DNA from: a virus
Taxonomy: Duplodnaviria; Heunggongvirae; Uroviricota; Caudoviricetes
Strand: one strand, 5' to 3'
DNA: 5,880 nucleotides
Virus record (IMG/VR): IMGVR_UViG_2711768167_000003
Span: 1-5,880 of that record
Below the pieces are notes generated by a model that searched no databases, was not told where the DNA came from, and saw only the letters and a list, made by a program, of their open reading frames with translations. Each line of letters opens with the position of its first letter. Within the stretch, counting starts at the first letter, position 1. A program made the translations under genes and the position numbers. Shown here piece after piece: positions 4,118 through 5,880 of this stretch.

Positions 4118-5880
4118 ATGAGTAAAGTCTTTATTTGCGCCGCCATTCCGGACGAACAGGCAATAAAGGAAGAAGGTGCAGTTGCTGTAGCCACTGCCAT
4201 TGAAGCCGGTGATGAACGTCGCGCCCGCGCAAAATTTCACTGGCAATTCCTGGAACATTATCCGGCTGCTCAGGACTGCGCTTATAAATTTCTTGTTTGC
4301 GAGGATAAACCCGGTATACCCCGCCCTGCCCTCGATTCCTGGGATGCTGAATATATGCAGGAAAACCGCTGGGATGAGGAGTCTGCTTCCTTTGTCCCTG
4401 TTGAGACTGAATCAGATCCGATGAACGCCACTTTTGACAAGCTGGCCCCTGAAGTACAGAACGCTGTCATGGTTAGGTTCGACGCATGTAAAAACATCAC
4501 CGTTGATATGGTGATTAGCGCGCAGGAATTGTTGCAGGAAGACATGGCAACATTCGACGGACATATCGTTGAAGCGTTGATGAAAATGCCAGAAGTTAAC
4601 GCCATGTATCCGGAGCTTAAGCTGCATGCCATCGGGTGGGTTAAACATAAATGTAAGCCGGGTGCAAAATGGCCTGAGATCCAGACAGAATTACGCACAT
4701 GGAAAAAACGTCGCGAAGCCGAACGCAAAGAAACCGGGAAATACACGTCTGTTGTAGATCTCGCCCGCGCCAGAGTCAACCTACAGCACACTGAAAACTC
4801 AGCAGAAAAAATCCACCCTGTCACTGCAGTCATTCGTCGCGAATATAAGCAGACGTGGAAAACACTGGATGATGAACTGGCCTACGCTCTGTGGCCTGGT
4901 GACATTGATGCCGGAAACATTGACGGCAGCATCCATCGCTGGGCAAAAAATGAAGTTATCGACAACGACCGCGAAGACTGGAAGCGTATCTCGGCATCAA
5001 TGCGCAAACAGCCTGATGCCCTTCGCTACGACCGCCAGACTATTTTTGGCCTTGTCCGTGAACGTCCGATCGACATTCACAAAGACCCTGTGGCACTGAA
5101 CAAATACATTACTGAATACCTGACTACAAAGGGCGTGTTTGAAGATGAAGGAACAAATCAGAGCGCAACTGATACTCTCTCGTCGCCAGTACCAGAAACT
5201 GATGCAGTGGAAACGGCAATTCCGGACAACGAAAAAACCGAATGCAAAGTGGAAGTCGAACCATCTGTAGAGCGTGAGGGGCCGTTCTACTTCCTCTTCA
5301 CCGACAAGGATGGCGAAAAATACGGTCGCGCAAACAAACTTTCTGGTCTGGATAAGGCGCTGGCTGCCGGGGCTACTGAAATCACGAAAGAAGAATATTT
5401 CGCCCGCAAAAACGGTACATACTCAGGTTCACAACAAAATACTGGTGCATCTGACACGACCGCACAACCAGAGCCGGTAAAAGTTACAGCTGACGAAGTA
5501 AGCAAAATTATGCAGGCAGCCAATATCAGCCAGCCTGACGCCGATAAGTTGCTTGCGGCCTCTCGCGGTGAATTTGTTGCAGGGATTAGCGATCCGAATG
5601 ATCCGAAATGGGTGAAGGGGATTGAAACCCGCGATTCTGTGAACCAGAATCAGCAAGAAACGGAACAGAACGACCAGAAAGCGGAACAAAACAGCCCAAA
5701 TGTGCAACGAAAAGAGCCAAAAGCGAAACAATCCGAACCAGTAGCACAACAGGAACCGGAAAAAGTCTGCACCGTCTGCGGTCAGAGCGGTGTCGACAAC
5801 TGTCCTGATTGTGGCGTGGTGATGGGCGACGCAACATACCAGGAAATGTTCGATGAAGAGAATCAGCCTGAAGTTCAGGA
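4118..5880 (+). CDS. recE: RecE/YdfE-family exodeoxyribonuclease VIII-like protein, N-terminal 587 codons; continues beyond the right edge of the window
   Basis: ATG 4118 with GAGG RBS (4105..4108); manual translation shows no stop in this frame through 5878, so the ORF is missing from the supplied track. Contains DKLLAASRGEFVAGISDPNDPKWVKGIETRD, which matches a segment I recall from E. coli RecE. The N-terminus MSKVFICAAIPDEQ resembles the Qin YdfE fragment. The many short ORFs listed in 4200..5840 are in other frames and overlap this gene. Confidence 0.7.
   Translation, partial: MSKVFICAAIPDEQAIKEEGAVAVATAIEAGDERRARAKFHWQFLEHYPAAQDCAYKFLVCEDKPGIPRPALDSWDAEYMQENRWDEESASFVPVETESDPMNATFDKLAPEVQNAVMVRFDACKNITVDMVISAQELLQEDMATFDGHIVEALMKMPEVNAMYPELKLHAIGWVKHKCKPGAKWPEIQTELRTWKKRREAERKETGKYTSVVDLARARVNLQHTENSAEKIHPVTAVIRREYKQTWKTLDDELAYALWPGDIDAGNIDGSIHRWAKNEVIDNDREDWKRISASMRKQPDALRYDRQTIFGLVRERPIDIHKDPVALNKYITEYLTTKGVFEDEGTNQSATDTLSSPVPETDAVETAIPDNEKTECKVEVEPSVEREGPFYFLFTDKDGEKYGRANKLSGLDKALAAGATEITKEEYFARKNGTYSGSQQNTGASDTTAQPEPVKVTADEVSKIMQAANISQPDADKLLAASRGEFVAGISDPNDPKWVKGIETRDSVNQNQQETEQNDQKAEQNSPNVQRKEPKAKQSEPVAQQEPEKVCTVCGQSGVDNCPDCGVVMGDATYQEMFDEENQPEVQ

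Noticed and set aside
3450-4258. Minus-strand ORFs 3450..3632, 3740..3964, 3985..4200 and 4058..4258
   Set aside because: They are antisense to dicF, dicB, the ydfD-like gene and the start of the RecE-like gene; none has an RBS or family resemblance.
4200-5837. Multiple 60-183 aa ORFs on both strands in the track (for example 4282..4833 minus, 5429..5749 minus, 5586..5837 minus, 4869..5099 plus)
   Set aside because: All overlap the long uninterrupted RecE-like reading frame starting at 4118, in other frames or on the other strand, and have low-complexity or Cys/Arg-rich translations. They are shadow ORFs.
1-5880. CRISPR arrays, tRNA/rRNA genes, integrase or attachment sites
   Set aside because: No regularly spaced direct repeats, no tRNA-like cloverleaf candidates, and no integrase-like ORF were seen in the window.

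Overview
This window reads as the immunity and early-left region of a mosaic lambdoid (Qin/Rac-type) prophage of an Escherichia-like enterobacterium. All calls rest on reading the sequence and on recalled protein families; no database search was run. Left to right: a minus-strand Rac-like block (ydaU-like, partial, 1..600; ydaT-like 671..1096; ydaS-like Cro-type HTH 1093..1353), an AT-rich divergent promoter/operator region (1354..1473), a DicA-like repressor (1474..1872, +), a minus-strand higB-higA toxin-antitoxin cassette (2583..1919), and a Qin-like dicB operon on the plus strand (ydfC-like 2867..3085, a long untranslated structured leader, DicF sRNA 3422..3474, dicB 3649..3831, ydfD-like 3834..4025). 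A long RecE/YdfE-like exonuclease ORF starts at 4118 and runs off the right edge. The two edge-truncated ORFs (1..600 minus, 4118..5880 plus) are missing from the supplied ORF track because they have no in-window stop. I do not see a clearly unprecedented system; the most interesting points are the higBA cassette sitting inside the repressor/dicB regulatory region next to operator-like motifs, the near-identical HTH segments of the repressor and Cro-like proteins, and a 14-bp perfect inverted repeat bracketing the dicF-dicB spacer.
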